This document shows, piece by piece, positions 49,201 to 62,132 of a DNA stretch of 64,000 nt. The translations under genes and the position numbers were made by a program. Positions within the stretch are counted from its first letter, which is position 1. Every line of letters begins with the position of its first letter. The stretch covers positions 8,233,079 to 8,297,078 of the forward strand of contig OZ316898.1 of NCBI GenBank assembly GCA_973895155.1, read 5' to 3'. Source of the DNA: Marsupella aquatica (taxonomy: Eukaryota > Plantae > Marchantiophyta). The notes under the pieces are model-generated. The model was not told where the DNA came from. It saw only the letters and a list, made by a program, of their open reading frames with translations, and did not search any database.

Positions 49201-51061
49201 TATCCACATCTAAATTGAACACCACCAGAGTTCCCTGATTATGGCTGTCAGGACCCGCAGCTGAGCCAACCGGTACGGTATACTGAGCCCACACTGCCTT
49301 CCCACCAATCAACCCACGAGCAGGAGGAGCGACGTCTTCCTCTCGGGGAGACTCTCTGAAAATGTCATGCTTTTCGAGCTCGAGCATGTCAGCAGACTGG
49401 GCATGACCACTCGAACGCTGCCTCTGCATCTGCTGCTGAAACTTTTGCTGCATGCGCTGCTGCTGAAGCAGATGCTGTTGCTGAATGTCCCTCAGTGCCT
49501 CCTTGGAATGCCTTAAATCATAATAATGCGTTGTAACCAGTCCCTCATGGCGCCGTTCTAACCCCAGCGCCCTTACCAAACCCCACTGCTCTAGTTCTTG
49601 TTTCAATGCGTAATCAGTGAGCTCAGTGGGAACACCGCTTAGCAACAAGGCTCGAGAGACATGCTCACGGCCAGTCAAGGGAGGAGGCACAGCGAATGCA
49701 GGCACTCTCCCGGTCGGTGACCCAATGGGGGGTGAACAGCCAGAAGGGATGAACGAGTGCATGGTCGGAGCAGAGACGTAATGCCTCAAGAGATGAGGAG
49801 GATGCTGCCCGACCATAGGTGGTGGTGCAAGGGACCCAGAGCCCGCTGACATGTGGTGCGACAATTCACAACCTTGCATCCCGATGCCCATGTGTTGAGC
49901 CGTCTCCCACGGAGGTGTCTGGGAAGCAGAAATGGGACCAAAGAGAGGGGCCCCATTAGCATAGATAGGCATCATGGGGGCTCCATTATAGTCAGTACTG
50001 TACATGACGGGACCGAGCTCGACTGCAGGAGGAGGAGCGTAAGGAACGTGAGGAGGTGGTTGTTGTTGTTCGATGTGGTATGGAGGAGGCTGTACAATTG
50101 ATACAAGGCTCGGAGGAGATGGAGAGGGGCATGGAGATGGCGAAGGCGTGAACTCCCGAGCATTCGGGTCGAGCAAATTCAGCTTCCCATCATGAGGGGA
50201 CATTACAAGAGAGGCAGGAAGAAAAGACTGCGGAGGTCTGAAGTCCGTCTCTGAAGCCTGCTGCTGCTGCTGAGCAGCGAAGTCACTTTCCACACTTGTA
50301 GCGTCAGGGAGAATCAACGACGGCGGGCGAAAATCACCACGTTCCGCATGAGGGCGGTGCAAGTCGAACTCCCTAACGAGTTGCGCCTGCTGCTGTTGCA
50401 GCCTGCTAGCATCGAGAGCTTTCAAATCTATTCCCGGAGGCTGCCACTGATCCTGACTCACATGCTGCTGGTGCTGGTGCTGGGTGTCACCACTACCAAC
50501 GTGATCGCTTCCGTTCTCCAACATCTCCAGTTCTCCTGCGTTGCTCTCCACTGCTGCTGGCTCCCCATTGCTGCTCCCAGCCTCCGCCGCGAGGCACTCG
50601 ATCGCCAACGTGGCCCGCATAGCTTCCAATTGAGAGGGGGGGCCAGCTATAATCTCCCCCCCAACACACTGCAGCGACAACTCGTTCAAAGCCTCATCGA
50701 GAGGCCGTTGTTCCACTGTACACGAATCGTCGACGACATCATGCTTCCCGCTCGTCGACATCCCATTACTACCATTCGCTTTCATGCCTCCTGCTCCTGC
50801 TGCTACTACTACTGCTCCTACTGCTGCAGCTCCTCCTACACCACAATCTCCAATTCTGTCCGGCGACGACGACTTGTTGGTGTTTCCGTTGACACCTCCA
50901 AGAACTTCCCGGCCTTCCCTACTAAGCCCCATCTTGACAATGCCAGCATACCCGACTGATGATTTTCCTCCCGACCCTGTCGTCGATCTCTCTCCTCCCC
51001 CCTGCGGAAGTGGACTTGCGACACCCTGAGCATCGCACGCCCCAATCTTCTTCCCACCCAT
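46211..51061 (-). CDS. TEL: TERMINAL EAR1-like (MEI2-like) RNA-binding protein with three RRMs; exons 51061-49162, 48700-47695, 47404-47288, 47071-46930, 46576-46211 (1176 aa)
   Basis: RRM1 [10 protein letters not shown]...[13 protein letters not shown]; RRM2 [11 protein letters not shown]...[26 protein letters not shown]; MEI2-type RRM3 [26 protein letters not shown]...[24 protein letters not shown]...[19 protein letters not shown]; TEL-type tail [17 protein letters not shown]. The GT-AG introns are in phase (3531 nt). 51061 is the first in-frame ATG after a stop at 51193-51191; the ORF track starts at a GTG at 51178. Confidence 0.94.
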
Positions 51062-54000
51062 CTCCTTCTCCGCCAGCCCAGCCCAAGCCCCCTCCGTGGA
51101 CGCCCTGGCTGCCTGGCCGGACTCCAATGTCCCCCCCACTTCCACCACTCTCACAGACCAACAGCCTTCATCCCCCACCCTCCTTGCTTGTCAGCCCACC
51201 TCACAATTCTTCACTGAGCTTCTCCGCGTTCATCCCCACCCTTGACGAAAACTTGACGACAACAACGACGCCGGTTGTTCCCGGCGGAGCGGGGAGGGGA
51301 TGGATGGGCGGGGGGGGGGGGGGTGGGGGGAATGCCCAGGCCGTGACGTACTCCTTTCAGCAGTCTCCAGGATATGACGGTGGTCCAAACATCCAAACCA
51401 AACCAAAGAAAAGAAAAGGTGCCCCTGCCACCCTCCTCCTCACCCACGCCACTCTCTCTTTCTCCCTCGCTCTCTCACAAGCTCGTCCAGAATTCCGTTC
51501 CTTCTTGCACCTCCTCCTCCTCAGCAAAACGAATGCCACGGCGGAAGATATAATTCAAGCTAAGCTACGCTACGGTGTAGCTTGCAGCAGCAGCCAGCGA
51601 CTCGTAAGCTAATCAGCAAAGCGCTCAGGCGATCTTTCCTCCTTCCCTTTCCTTCCACTCCCGTCTTCTTCTCCTCCTCCTCCCTCCTGGAAATCAAAAG
51701 ATCGCAATCCCCTTCATCATACGATATACTTACAGCATACCTGCACACCTGCTTCTCTACTCTACATACACTCCAGCCATCGAGAATCACGAGCCTATCG
51801 TTCATTCATCATACTTCCGTCGGGCCAGCCAGCGTCCCCTTCTCTCTATTCGTCTCTCCTTCCTCCTCTCTTCTGGTCCCCACCCCACCCAGAACGAGAG
51901 ATCGCCTCGTTTCTTTCAATTTCCGCTTCTCTTTGAGCCCCGAGTACGGTATCAATCTTCCGCACATACCCACCCTCCCCTCTCGCCTACGACCGTGTAC
52001 TCCGTTTCTCTCCCTCCCCTCTCCCTCTCCCTCTCCTCTCCCTCTCTGAAAGCCTTCGCTGATAGTAGTATTTCTTTCCCACAGTGTGGGTTCTCGCTCG
52101 TGCGTGCGGTGCCATTGGGGTTGGCTCTCGCTCGAGCCAACGGAAGGTCGACAGGGCTCGCGTTGCCGGAGGCAGGCGTAATGCCCGCGCCACTCCTCAA
52201 AAGTACGCGCCCATTTGCGGCATAACGCCGGATTCCCTTTCCACGTCGAACGATCGGGCCAGACGTAAAGCGGTAGTAGTAGTAGTAGTAGTAGTAGTAA
52301 AGCAGTACTACAGTCCAGTCTCCTCAACAAGACCGCGACAGAGTGGGCTACGCTGCTATACTATTAATATTCATACTAAATTACTAATGCCATCTATCTA
52401 TTTGTGATAATCCTGTCGTGTAGCGACTCTTGCGACAACTTATTGCGGTAGCCTTTCTTCCCGGCGTGCCGGTCGTCAGTCAGTCCAGTCTGAATGTCTG
52501 GTAGTCGCGCTCCAGAATCCGGTGTGGCAGTGCAGCCTTTGTTTCCGGTCAAAGTTCATCAAACAAACTACTTACTGGACAGGCTCCCGCGTTCCCCGTG
52601 CCGGGAAGTATGGCCGGGTATTTCTGGCCGGGGAGTGACTTGGTGCCCGGAACGGGGATTCGGCGTCGTGTTGTGGGTTCCTTTTGCATGGGGGGGACAC
52701 GTAAGATCTGGCTTGGGTAAACACAGCTCGTTCTCGAGTACGCAATTGTTTATTTCCAAGCCTCATCTCCATCACATATATCCTTCTGTTCTGCTCCTTG
52801 TGCATGCGTTCTTTGGGGCCTAGTTTCAAAGAATGATTGGGATTCCTTCTGGTCTTCTTGAAATCTTCTTTTGAGTTGTCAGCTTCCTCTACTCTATTGC
52901 CCCAACTTCTCCTTGAATTGTCTCATCCCTCAATCCTTTTTCACCTTTTCTCCACAGTGATGATGATCTGAGAGCGTCCGATACAAATTCTCCATGCACG
53001 TGTGGTCATGTACGAGAAAAGCAGAAATAGTTGGTAGAATTAGAGTCAAGATACCTGAAAAGAAGGTCCATAATTTGATTGACATGGTGGATTTTTGTTG
53101 TCTGATCAGTTGTGTTCATTTCTTGAGTTGAGGAAGATGCCACACCAACTGATCTATGTCAAAGTTGGATGGGCCGCACGTGAACTATGTTTACTCTCTT
53201 AAAACAAAAGTATGACCCAGCGTTGTATCATAAAAAGACCCATGTTGTGAGTCTTTTTAGTCTTTTCTGCCACTATAGAAAAGGGATTTCCCTGTCTATA
53301 TCCATTAAAAGTTCATAAAAAATACATATTATATGCTAGGTTCAATGATTCGTTATATTTGAAAAGCACCAAGCCAATCTCAAATTAATGTTGGAAGGTA
53401 TCAAAGAAACCTATCACCAGGATTGGCACCCAAAATCTGTGAGGATGGTTCCTAAGTTTCTTTGTTTCTCACAAGCCCAAGTAGTTTGTTATATGTAGTG
53501 CCTTACCGGTTGAAATGAAGCTCTGTAAGATTTCATTTTCAGGGGACAAAATATAGCATGACCTTCTGTTGTATAAAATTGTGTAGCCCTTTGCATGCGC
53601 TTTTTTATGTTGCCTTTACATGACTAAATCATGTTATGTGCATAAATCCGTTTTCATTTCTTAATCACACAATATGATTAAGATTGGACTTAAGTGCTAC
53701 GCACATTGTATGTGAGATAAGTCTCAACTACTAGAACTTAACGAACAAGAACAGATAGTCTCAGACTTTGGCAATAGGCCATTTAAATTATCACAACCAA
53801 AATATTCTTCAGTCTATATTACTTTGTACACCTACCCAAAACATTTGCTTTCGACCTATCACAACACAAAGAGATTTTCTGTTTATATGAAGTTTTTCAG
53901 GCTCTTGTGTTTACAATGTGATTTACTCTCCATTTCCCCAAAATGCCTATATTTTCCAGCCCATTGTTTCTGGAACACCACTTCTTTTATTATTTTATTT

Positions 54001-57000
54001 TTGGCACAAAGCTAATGAAGACTAAGGCATGAATTTGTTGCCCAAAGAGTTCCTTTCTTTCGATGAAGCGAGGTTGTCGTGCCAAAAGGCTCTTCCTATC
54101 GCAGAACTCTATGGAAAAATTGGACCCCCTTCTTGATTTTGGTAGCACCATCTCGCATCCAGTAGATTAACATTTTTATACTCTTTTGCATCAACAGTTA
54201 TTACAATATTTATGTGTCTGAAGTTGTGCTAAAACGTCACTTTTGTATTAATGATATTCTAAAAAATAGCCAATGGCACAATTCAAAACATTAATTATGA
54301 GATTTGTCCTTTCTCTGTTCTTAATAGTTTAGTAGGCCCGTTTTATTATGGCGACAGTACCTTAATAGCCAGTTACCTAGAAAACAAAACCCTCTGCTGT
54401 GCAGCCGCCAAATTAAATAATCATCAGTGTAGTACCATTATTATTTCGATTGTGGTTATTAGGAATGAAAAAGTAGGCACTCGGATAATTTGTCGTATGC
54501 GGGAAGCGGAGGAGTCTCAAAAGAGACAAAAGGATATTTCGTTAAATGGGGTTGAATTTTCTTTATGATGGGTCCATAATTGCATTAGACTTGTTACGGA
54601 GAACGAATCTAGATGATCATTCTACTTTCCGAATTTCTAATCGAAAACTCTGCTCTCACCCCAAAACCCCAATAATTGATTTGAAGAGAAACTCAATGAT
54701 AAGGAATTTCAACCGAAATCAATTGTATATTAGAGTCGTAATTAAGTGAACAATTTGATAGACAATCTGACCACAAGCTCAAAGGGAACAACCTTAAAAT
54801 CTACCAAGAAGTTCTCGCACCCAAAAAATAGCAGGTGAGTATTTCCTCCCTCCTTCCACACCAACCTGGTGGCTAATTCTCTAGAGCTAAGTTTGTCAAC
54901 TTTTGAACTCTAGGTGACGTAGAGAAAAGCACCGTTGGGTGACCTAAACACATTGCTTAGCCCACTACTTGATGATCCTAAACAATAACTTACCCTGAAA
55001 GTCAATCAAAACGTTGGTTAACTCGACTGGTTGTTCCAGGGTGTTCCATCTTGCAAGGGCAAGAACATCAAAAACAAAACAGGTTAGATGATTGCTATTA
55101 TATGCTTAGCTGAGGGTTGGGGTTAATATGAACAGGGGATAAAGCATCACAGCAATGAGTAGCTCATTGCTCAGTTCGAGTTTCCCTTGCCGATTCTGTG
55201 TTATTGTCTCTCATCTCTAAAATAAACAATGTCTCTCCCAATCGATGAATTTCTGAGATGTATTTTCATGGGTTTCAAGCAGCCAATGTTGCTTTCTTCT
55301 GTTGCCCAAGCTGTTGCCAATAGCTGTGCCGGGCATGAGCTCGGAGGATAGTCTGTTGCAGATATTGGAGGTGATTGGGGTGTTTATGAGAAAATTTGAA
55401 TTGAAAGATTGAATTTTAGATTTTGATAAAACTGTCAAGCACATATGCGGGGAAGCTATGAAATCTAGGAAAGGTAGGGTTTAAACCCTAAACCCTTATT
55501 CAACGCTCACTCTAGACATCTGATTGCGGATTGATGTACCATGTGTGATTCTTGCTCATAGATGCAATTAGACAGAGAAACAGGTTTGTGACTGGAGAAT
55601 GTATTGGTTAATTGATTGAGAGCTATTGGAAGGGAGAGCAGTGAATGGCAATGACATTGTCTTGAATGCTGGTGATGATCTTGAAGATTTTTGGGGAGGA
55701 GTTTCTTAGATCACAGATGCACACCTTGTTCAAGCTTGCTATCACCAACAACTGCTTATGAAGCAACTAAAGATAGAAGAGAGATTTTGGTGTTCTGATA
55801 GAGTCATGTGGATGTTTGAGAACAAAACTTGAAAGATAAGTCCAAATCAACCATTACTAAAACTCTTACCACACTTTTGAGATGTGACTATAGTTGGATC
55901 ACAATTGTAATGTGATTGATGCAAATGCACCTTAGATTCTTCTAGGTAAATAGGTTTCAAGAAACTAATTAATCAAAATCATACACTATGGACACAATAG
56001 TAATACTGACTAAAAACATTTGCAAGGGATTAAGCCCAGACCAAGCACATATTCCAACACACTTTCACCATGAAGCTAGTTGATAGCACTGGGTCTGCAA
56101 AAATGAAAAATGATAGTAAACCAATCCTATAGCTGGCTCAACACTGCTACTGTCTTCCCCTGACCACCAGCCTTCTATTCAACAATCACAACAACAAGGT
56201 ATCCCTCCAGAAAAGAGTTTTCCCTCTCATATAGGCCCTATGTTAAAGAGCTCCCAGGCCTTGTGTGTGAGGCCGGGTGTGAGGACAATGCCTTGTATTT
56301 GAATGCAATTGATGTCAATTGTGCCTCAACATGTAATCTTTAACCTGGAAGATGAACCATGTCCTTGAGCATGTCTTCACTTAAAGAGAAACCCCTTCCT
56401 CAAACACAAGGCCCCGTAATTAGCTCCCCTGCCAAAACTTACTATTCAAACTCAAACACAAAGCTCAGGGCCTTCTATTTGAACACCTGCCCTTCTATTT
56501 GAACACCTGCATGAGTTTGGAGGATGATGGCACTTCTCAGTGTAGAGTTTGCACATGAGTTCTTATGCCATAGCTATTTTGGGGGGACTTGTTGGAGGGT
56601 AGTTGCTTGATGATCTTGCAGTGGATATGTTTGTTGCTATTGGCTTTGAAACACCATTGAATCTAGTTGGGGCTGTGCAGACATTGGTGTTGGATGTTAG
56701 TAAAGGCTATTACCACAGAAACATATTAGACTTCATACTTATTTCTACTTGCACTATGATTGGTATGTAGCTACTGGATTATTTGCATACCAGCATCAAT
56801 ATGTTCTTTGGGCATTGGTTGCACCTAGCCCAGGTTCAGCATAGAGAAAGTTAGTCTTTCAAGGAAGTGGAAATGCAGATACCAACAAAAGCCGGGTATA
56901 GAAGCCACTCAGAATTTCAAGGAAGTAAGAGGATGCCTTTGATGACATCTACACATAAGTCCCTTCTCCAATGACTTGCTTAAATTGTTGAATTATAGTA

Positions 57001-60000
57001 GACACAAATATGTCTAGGCTTTTTATTAATTTCCCAAGGTCTACTCCAACATTCCGCTTGAGGCTCTGCCAGCCATACCAACAGTGCTCTTTGACACTAG
57101 AGACTATTGCAACTCCCTTTTGAAATCATCCTACAATCACATGAATCTTGCCTCTTGTGCTCTCAAGATGGTGTTCTTAAATTTCTGTTTCAACTCTGCC
57201 TAGTCATCCTCAAGGTAGTCGCGCAATAGTCATCCTCAAGGTAGTCGCGCAAGGTTTGTTGTTTGTTCAAGCATCCTGGAGAGTAAGTTCTGCCTCTCTA
57301 CCCTATTGAGTGTTGGTTGGTTAGCTTGAGCAGTAGAGGCAGACATTTCAGGTGGGTCTTGATCAGAAGCTCACATTCAATAAAGCAAAGACAACAATTA
57401 TCATCTGGGACGACCCATTTTCCTATCACCCCCAAGTATCACTTGCTGAATCTGTTGAAAGACCAGAGAGCTTTCAGTTCAAAGAAAAGAGGATCAGACA
57501 CATGATAGAGATGTTCCAGGGTTCTGCTCCACAATGTTTTGAACTGGCAGACTTTGTTGACTTTGTTTGCAAAGCAGCCTAGCAACAGAATTTCAAGGAG
57601 TCTTCAAGCTGAGGGGATAGGGTTGAGCATGGAGCATGGAATAGGTGCACAATGACATCTATAGATCCATCTCATGGTTAGGAAAATATATCACCATAAT
57701 AATACAACTTTCTGCCATAATGACATTTTGTAAACAAAACATTTAAGAGAAGGAGCAGGATTGCATGCTTTTAGTGTTTAGCTAGATGTGATCAAGGGAA
57801 TGAGGCAGCTGTTTCAGGCAGGCCTTAATTAATAGAAGCGGCAATAAAACAGTTGCGTAATTCAGAAATTTATGAAGAATACTAACATTGTATGTGTAAA
57901 CATTTGCTCTTGTAGCCAAAGTGGCTCCAGTTTCATACAACATCTGGACTGTCTTAAAAAGAAAAGTCTTTGACTACCAACATGTGGACTGGAGAGTTTG
58001 CAATGCCAATTTCTTTGATACAAAAGTTTTTGAGATTACAAAAGATACAATTCATATTACATTATTGGACAGTCCTGGTACATTGGACTGCACTTTACCT
58101 TTTTCTATGACAAAATGGTGGGACAATTCATTAATCTGGTCTCAGCCTTTGAGTTTTCTTTTGGGTTATCTCAGCCCAGTGTTTTTTATCATGTTACTAC
58201 TCAACCTACAGTTCTATTCTGGTGTTGTCTTTTCAACGAGCTGTTTCTATTGTTGTTTTCCTCAAGTTGTTTCTTGGCTAATAGGCAAAGTTCTTGTGCT
58301 CTGTTGAGCTTGGATCTCGTTTCAGGCCTTCTTGATCGGGTTGGGGATCTGGTGCAGTCCTAAGGGCATTGCTCCCTTCTTTCGAACCACAGCAGCCACT
58401 ATATAAGTGGCCTTACCCCTAATGGGTCACTGTTCGTTTGCCTAGGTGAACCATAGACCTACCTTGCAGGCCAATCCCACTCACTTCCCACCGTAAAACC
58501 CTCACAGCCTTTGACACTGGTTTTGGTAAATTCTAAAAAAAATATGAAGTATTAATAGATGCTGTTCTACAATAGATGCATGAATCCCTTATGGTGAAGT
58601 AAGGAGATGACGCTCGTACCTGAAAATCCCACCAAAATATGAGCAGATCTTTCATATTTTTTTAATCTTTTTTAATTTTTGTTTGTTTGTCATTTCAGAT
58701 CTTTCATATATTGAAACGAGTAATATGGGTTACCCCAAGTACTATGTGCAGGAACTTGTGCTATAAGGTGAAAGGGTTTCTTGTGCCTAAGGCTTTTGGT
58801 CAATTGCACAACTGGTTGTTTTGGTGTAGGGTTCCTTTAAACCAGAACTGGCCATGTATAAGTGGGAAGTGTCCAGGACTTCCCTTTTTTTTTTTTTTAC
58901 ATTCTCACTTTTGTTCTCTAGGGTTTGCTTTTGCTCCATGATTTCACGACAAAGCTAGTGTTAATAGTATAGGTGTAACCCTTAACGGGACAGGTGTGAT
59001 TTAAGGGATTAAAAACAAAGATTGTGTTCATTTTACTTGTTCATGCATTTTCATGATACTCTATTTGTCATGGGAACGGTTCAACATCCATGCAATCTCC
59101 ATCATTGCAACACCATAGTCCCCGTTCATCCATATTCGTTCTTTTCCACGCGGGCAGAGGGTGAGCCCCTTACTTTTTCCCCTTTTCCCCTTTTGCCCTT
59201 TCCACTTTTAGCAAGGAATCCCTCCTCGTACACAGCCATAGATTTACAATTCGTTCAAAAAAGGGACGGAAAATAATGAAAACAATCAGCAGAAAGGTTC
59301 AAAGGTGACTCAAACTCATGAATAAAAATGTCACAAGAATGGTTGAAATCGTACGAAAAGGCACGAACACATTCAAAAATAGAATTGCCATCTGGTACGT
59401 CCAAAATCCTCCATCCAATGCTACGCCAGATTCTGTGATCATGTTCTCAACATTTTCATCATTATTTTCGTCCCTCTCTATATTCACAAAGACCGGCACC
59501 ATTCGGGCAGGGCGTCGCTTGCATCTACTAGGATGGGGCAGGCAAAAAATCTGCATGGGCATGCGAAACAATGACATGACATATAATCATTTCTATGGCC
59601 ATCCCACTCATACCATGCCAGCAAAGCGCAACACGACAGAACACGGGCAGGTGGACGGGCTTCTCTCGGATGGAAAGGACGACGGACGATTCGAATCATT
59701 CAGATCATGAACTTTTATTAGTAGTGTCATATATATTTTGTACTGACTGCATGGCAGAAAGAATCAGTATGCATGTATTTTGGGTCGCGCTCACATTCTG
59801 CCCGCGGGCCCAGAAAGAAAGTATCATAATTATGTGCATTTTGTACATCCGAATGGACAGAGATCGCTTCCCAACCTTACCATCATTTCTGATTAGAGGG
59901 AGGAGACCCCTAAATTTAACCGATCCCTAATCAAAGTTTTACTCCCAGCTAACCGAGGTACTTACTCGATAGGCCTCCCCCCCCAAAAAAAAATGTTACT

Positions 60001-60148
60001 TGACCCTTGAGGTTTTGGGTGTTGATTTAAAGTCTATTATGGTGTACCAAATTATCTGGATCAATGAAGGATCCAATTAAGTAAAAAGAAAAAAATTTCT
60101 GGATCCAACAAATATATACCTCCCAGCTAACCCTATGAGATCTTGGGT

Positions 60149-60216
60149 ACATTGATGTAAGGTCTATTGATGGTCTGGATCACATTGATGTAAGGTCTAT
60201 TGATGGTCTGGATCAC
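60149..60216. repeat. Perfect short tandem duplication ACATTGATGTAAGGTCTATTGATGGTCTGGATC x2
   Basis: Directly visible. Confidence 0.9.
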
Positions 60217-60345
60217 TCGTGTCATCCATCAAGTAACACTTTTCATTTTAAAGAGTCCACCAAATAAATGCTTCCTAGTCAAATAATACTCTTGTGAACC
60301 TTTTTCAGCAAAGTAAGCTGGAGGGCTAATTCAGATTCTAACTAC

Positions 60346-60752
60346 AGTGTACCGGGGCTAAGAGAGTTTTGGATTTCTTTTATGGCCCCCAACTTCTTGT
60401 AGTGTGACTTGCAGCAAGTGATGCTCAAACTGCCAAAGAAGAAAAGGTGACCAACTGGGAGACACATTACCACAAGCAAAATACCAAGTCAAGGGGAGAG
60501 AACCAAAGAACCAAAAGCCAGAGGGACGAGGCAAAAGCCAACCACAACAACAGCCAGGAACAAAATAAACAGAAACATCACCGATTGGCAAACTAAAGAT
60601 AGTGCACCGGGGCTAAAGGAGTTTTTGGAATCCTTTTATGGTCCCCACCATCTTGTAATGCTCATTGCAACAAGTGGTGCTCAAGAACGAAAGTAGCTCA
60701 ACCGGGACACACAATCCATAGGTAACCAACCCAATCCAGGGGAGAGAACCAA
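60346..60752. repeat. Diverged direct repeat with a ~255-bp period
   Basis: AGTGYACCGGGGCTAA...TTTTATGGYCCCCA..TCTTGTA...TTGCARCAAGTGRTGCTCAA...AGGGGAGAGAACCAAA begins at ~60346 and ~60601. Confidence 0.75.
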
Positions 60753-62061
60753 ATTGTATACAACAGTGTTAAAACCTTATTGTTTAGCCTACTGTGACAA
60801 AGTAGGTGTGATCAAATATCGTATTATTTTATTGATTTACTGTAGGTAATAAGCTGAATTGATCAGACCCCCCCCAAATGGCCCAGGCCAGATTGTTAGA
60901 AAATGTGTTACAGAAATTGACACAAAACGTATTAAAGATTAGATCTTACCCATTATTGTGGAAATCTTGTTGTTCATCTTACTAGGACCATGTAGGTTTG
61001 GTCACAAGCCTGGTAATGCGTGGGGTTTACTCTCCCCCTTAAGAAAAAAAAATTCAAATTAGGATTTGAAATGCACAAGTTTAGCATATATAACACAAAC
61101 AGATCTCCAAACAATCTTACACTTTCTAAACTTTTATATGGTGAAAAGAAATACGGATGAGAGTTGAAGGATATGGATTTTGGGCATCCCTGCACACATA
61201 AATCCATACATGCACTCCTGTCAGCATTTCACGTTATACATTTGATCCATAAAGGTGTGGGAGGACAAGAAGAAATCAAAATTCAGAAAAGTATAGGCAG
61301 TTATTAGGAGCCTATGAAGTTGAGTACAGTTACTGTAGTAGTAATATAAACTGAGATACAAGGCAAGCGAGAAATTCCCAAAAAATATTTTAAATAGCTA
61401 ATTGACTTTAGCGGCTGACCATTAAATTTTTCCCAACCATAAAGTTTTCTTGGTCTATTTCTCCCTGTGTTTTAGCCTAAGTATAGCTAAATAAGTGTTC
61501 GTGACCAATTTCAATAATTAACATTCTTAAGCATTTGTCTCATGTAAAGTTTCTATGATTGTCAATCTTAAAATCCAATTTCGTCTTCATTTCCCATATC
61601 TGCCATATGTTTTCAGGCCCACATTTTCTGGGACCTTGAAGCTTGGCAGTGGGCACCCCTCTACCGGGCTAAGATGGCTTCGCATTATGCTCTGATTGCC
61701 TACTAAGGATATGGGTTGTTTCAGGGCATAATGTTGCTGGTTCTCTGACGTCTTATTATCTGCAGTCTCCAGGTGACAATTGTGTCGTTTCTTTCAGAGG
61801 CTCTGGTGCTGCTGCTTCTTTGCCCCCATCAGTAGGGTTTTAGTTAAATTAATCTTGAAAATGTAGCTATTTGTTGTTTAGGATTTAGGAGAACCATATT
61901 AGCATTAGGGTACTGGAATCTAAGCCAACATAGTGGTACATACAAACACTGATTTGTCATTTCTGGTAGGGACACATGGATCCTCCATTAGATAATTTGA
62001 TGGGCATTACTGGGATTCCCTGTCAGACGAGATCCATGGCTTTACCTGTGAACCTTGTCGG

Positions 62062-62132
62062 CCTGCCCTGCCCTGCCCTGCCCTGCCCTGCCAGACAAGA
62101 CAAGACAACAACAAAATAAAAATAAAATAATA
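62062..62132. repeat. Compound microsatellite (GCCCT)n-(AGACA)n-(AAAAT)n
   Basis: Directly visible. Confidence 0.85.

Noticed and set aside
13835-51061. MBD, MUS81 and the MEI2-like gene as a functional meiotic cluster
   Set aside because: The RRM gene is of the TEL developmental subfamily and lies 20 kb away. Co-location alone is no evidence in a plant genome.
47701-52330. Many 100-217 aa ORFs overlapping TEL and its leader
   Set aside because: They are antisense or off-frame shadows of a GC-rich low-complexity CDS and SSR-rich leader.
55476-55496. Telomere-like TAGGGTTTAAACCCTAAACCCT
   Set aside because: Only about three units. Too short to infer a fusion site or interstitial telomere.
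54800-58400. Possible decayed retroelement or other TE body
   Set aside because: The composition suggests old TE DNA, but I found no RT, transposase or terminal motif to support a call.
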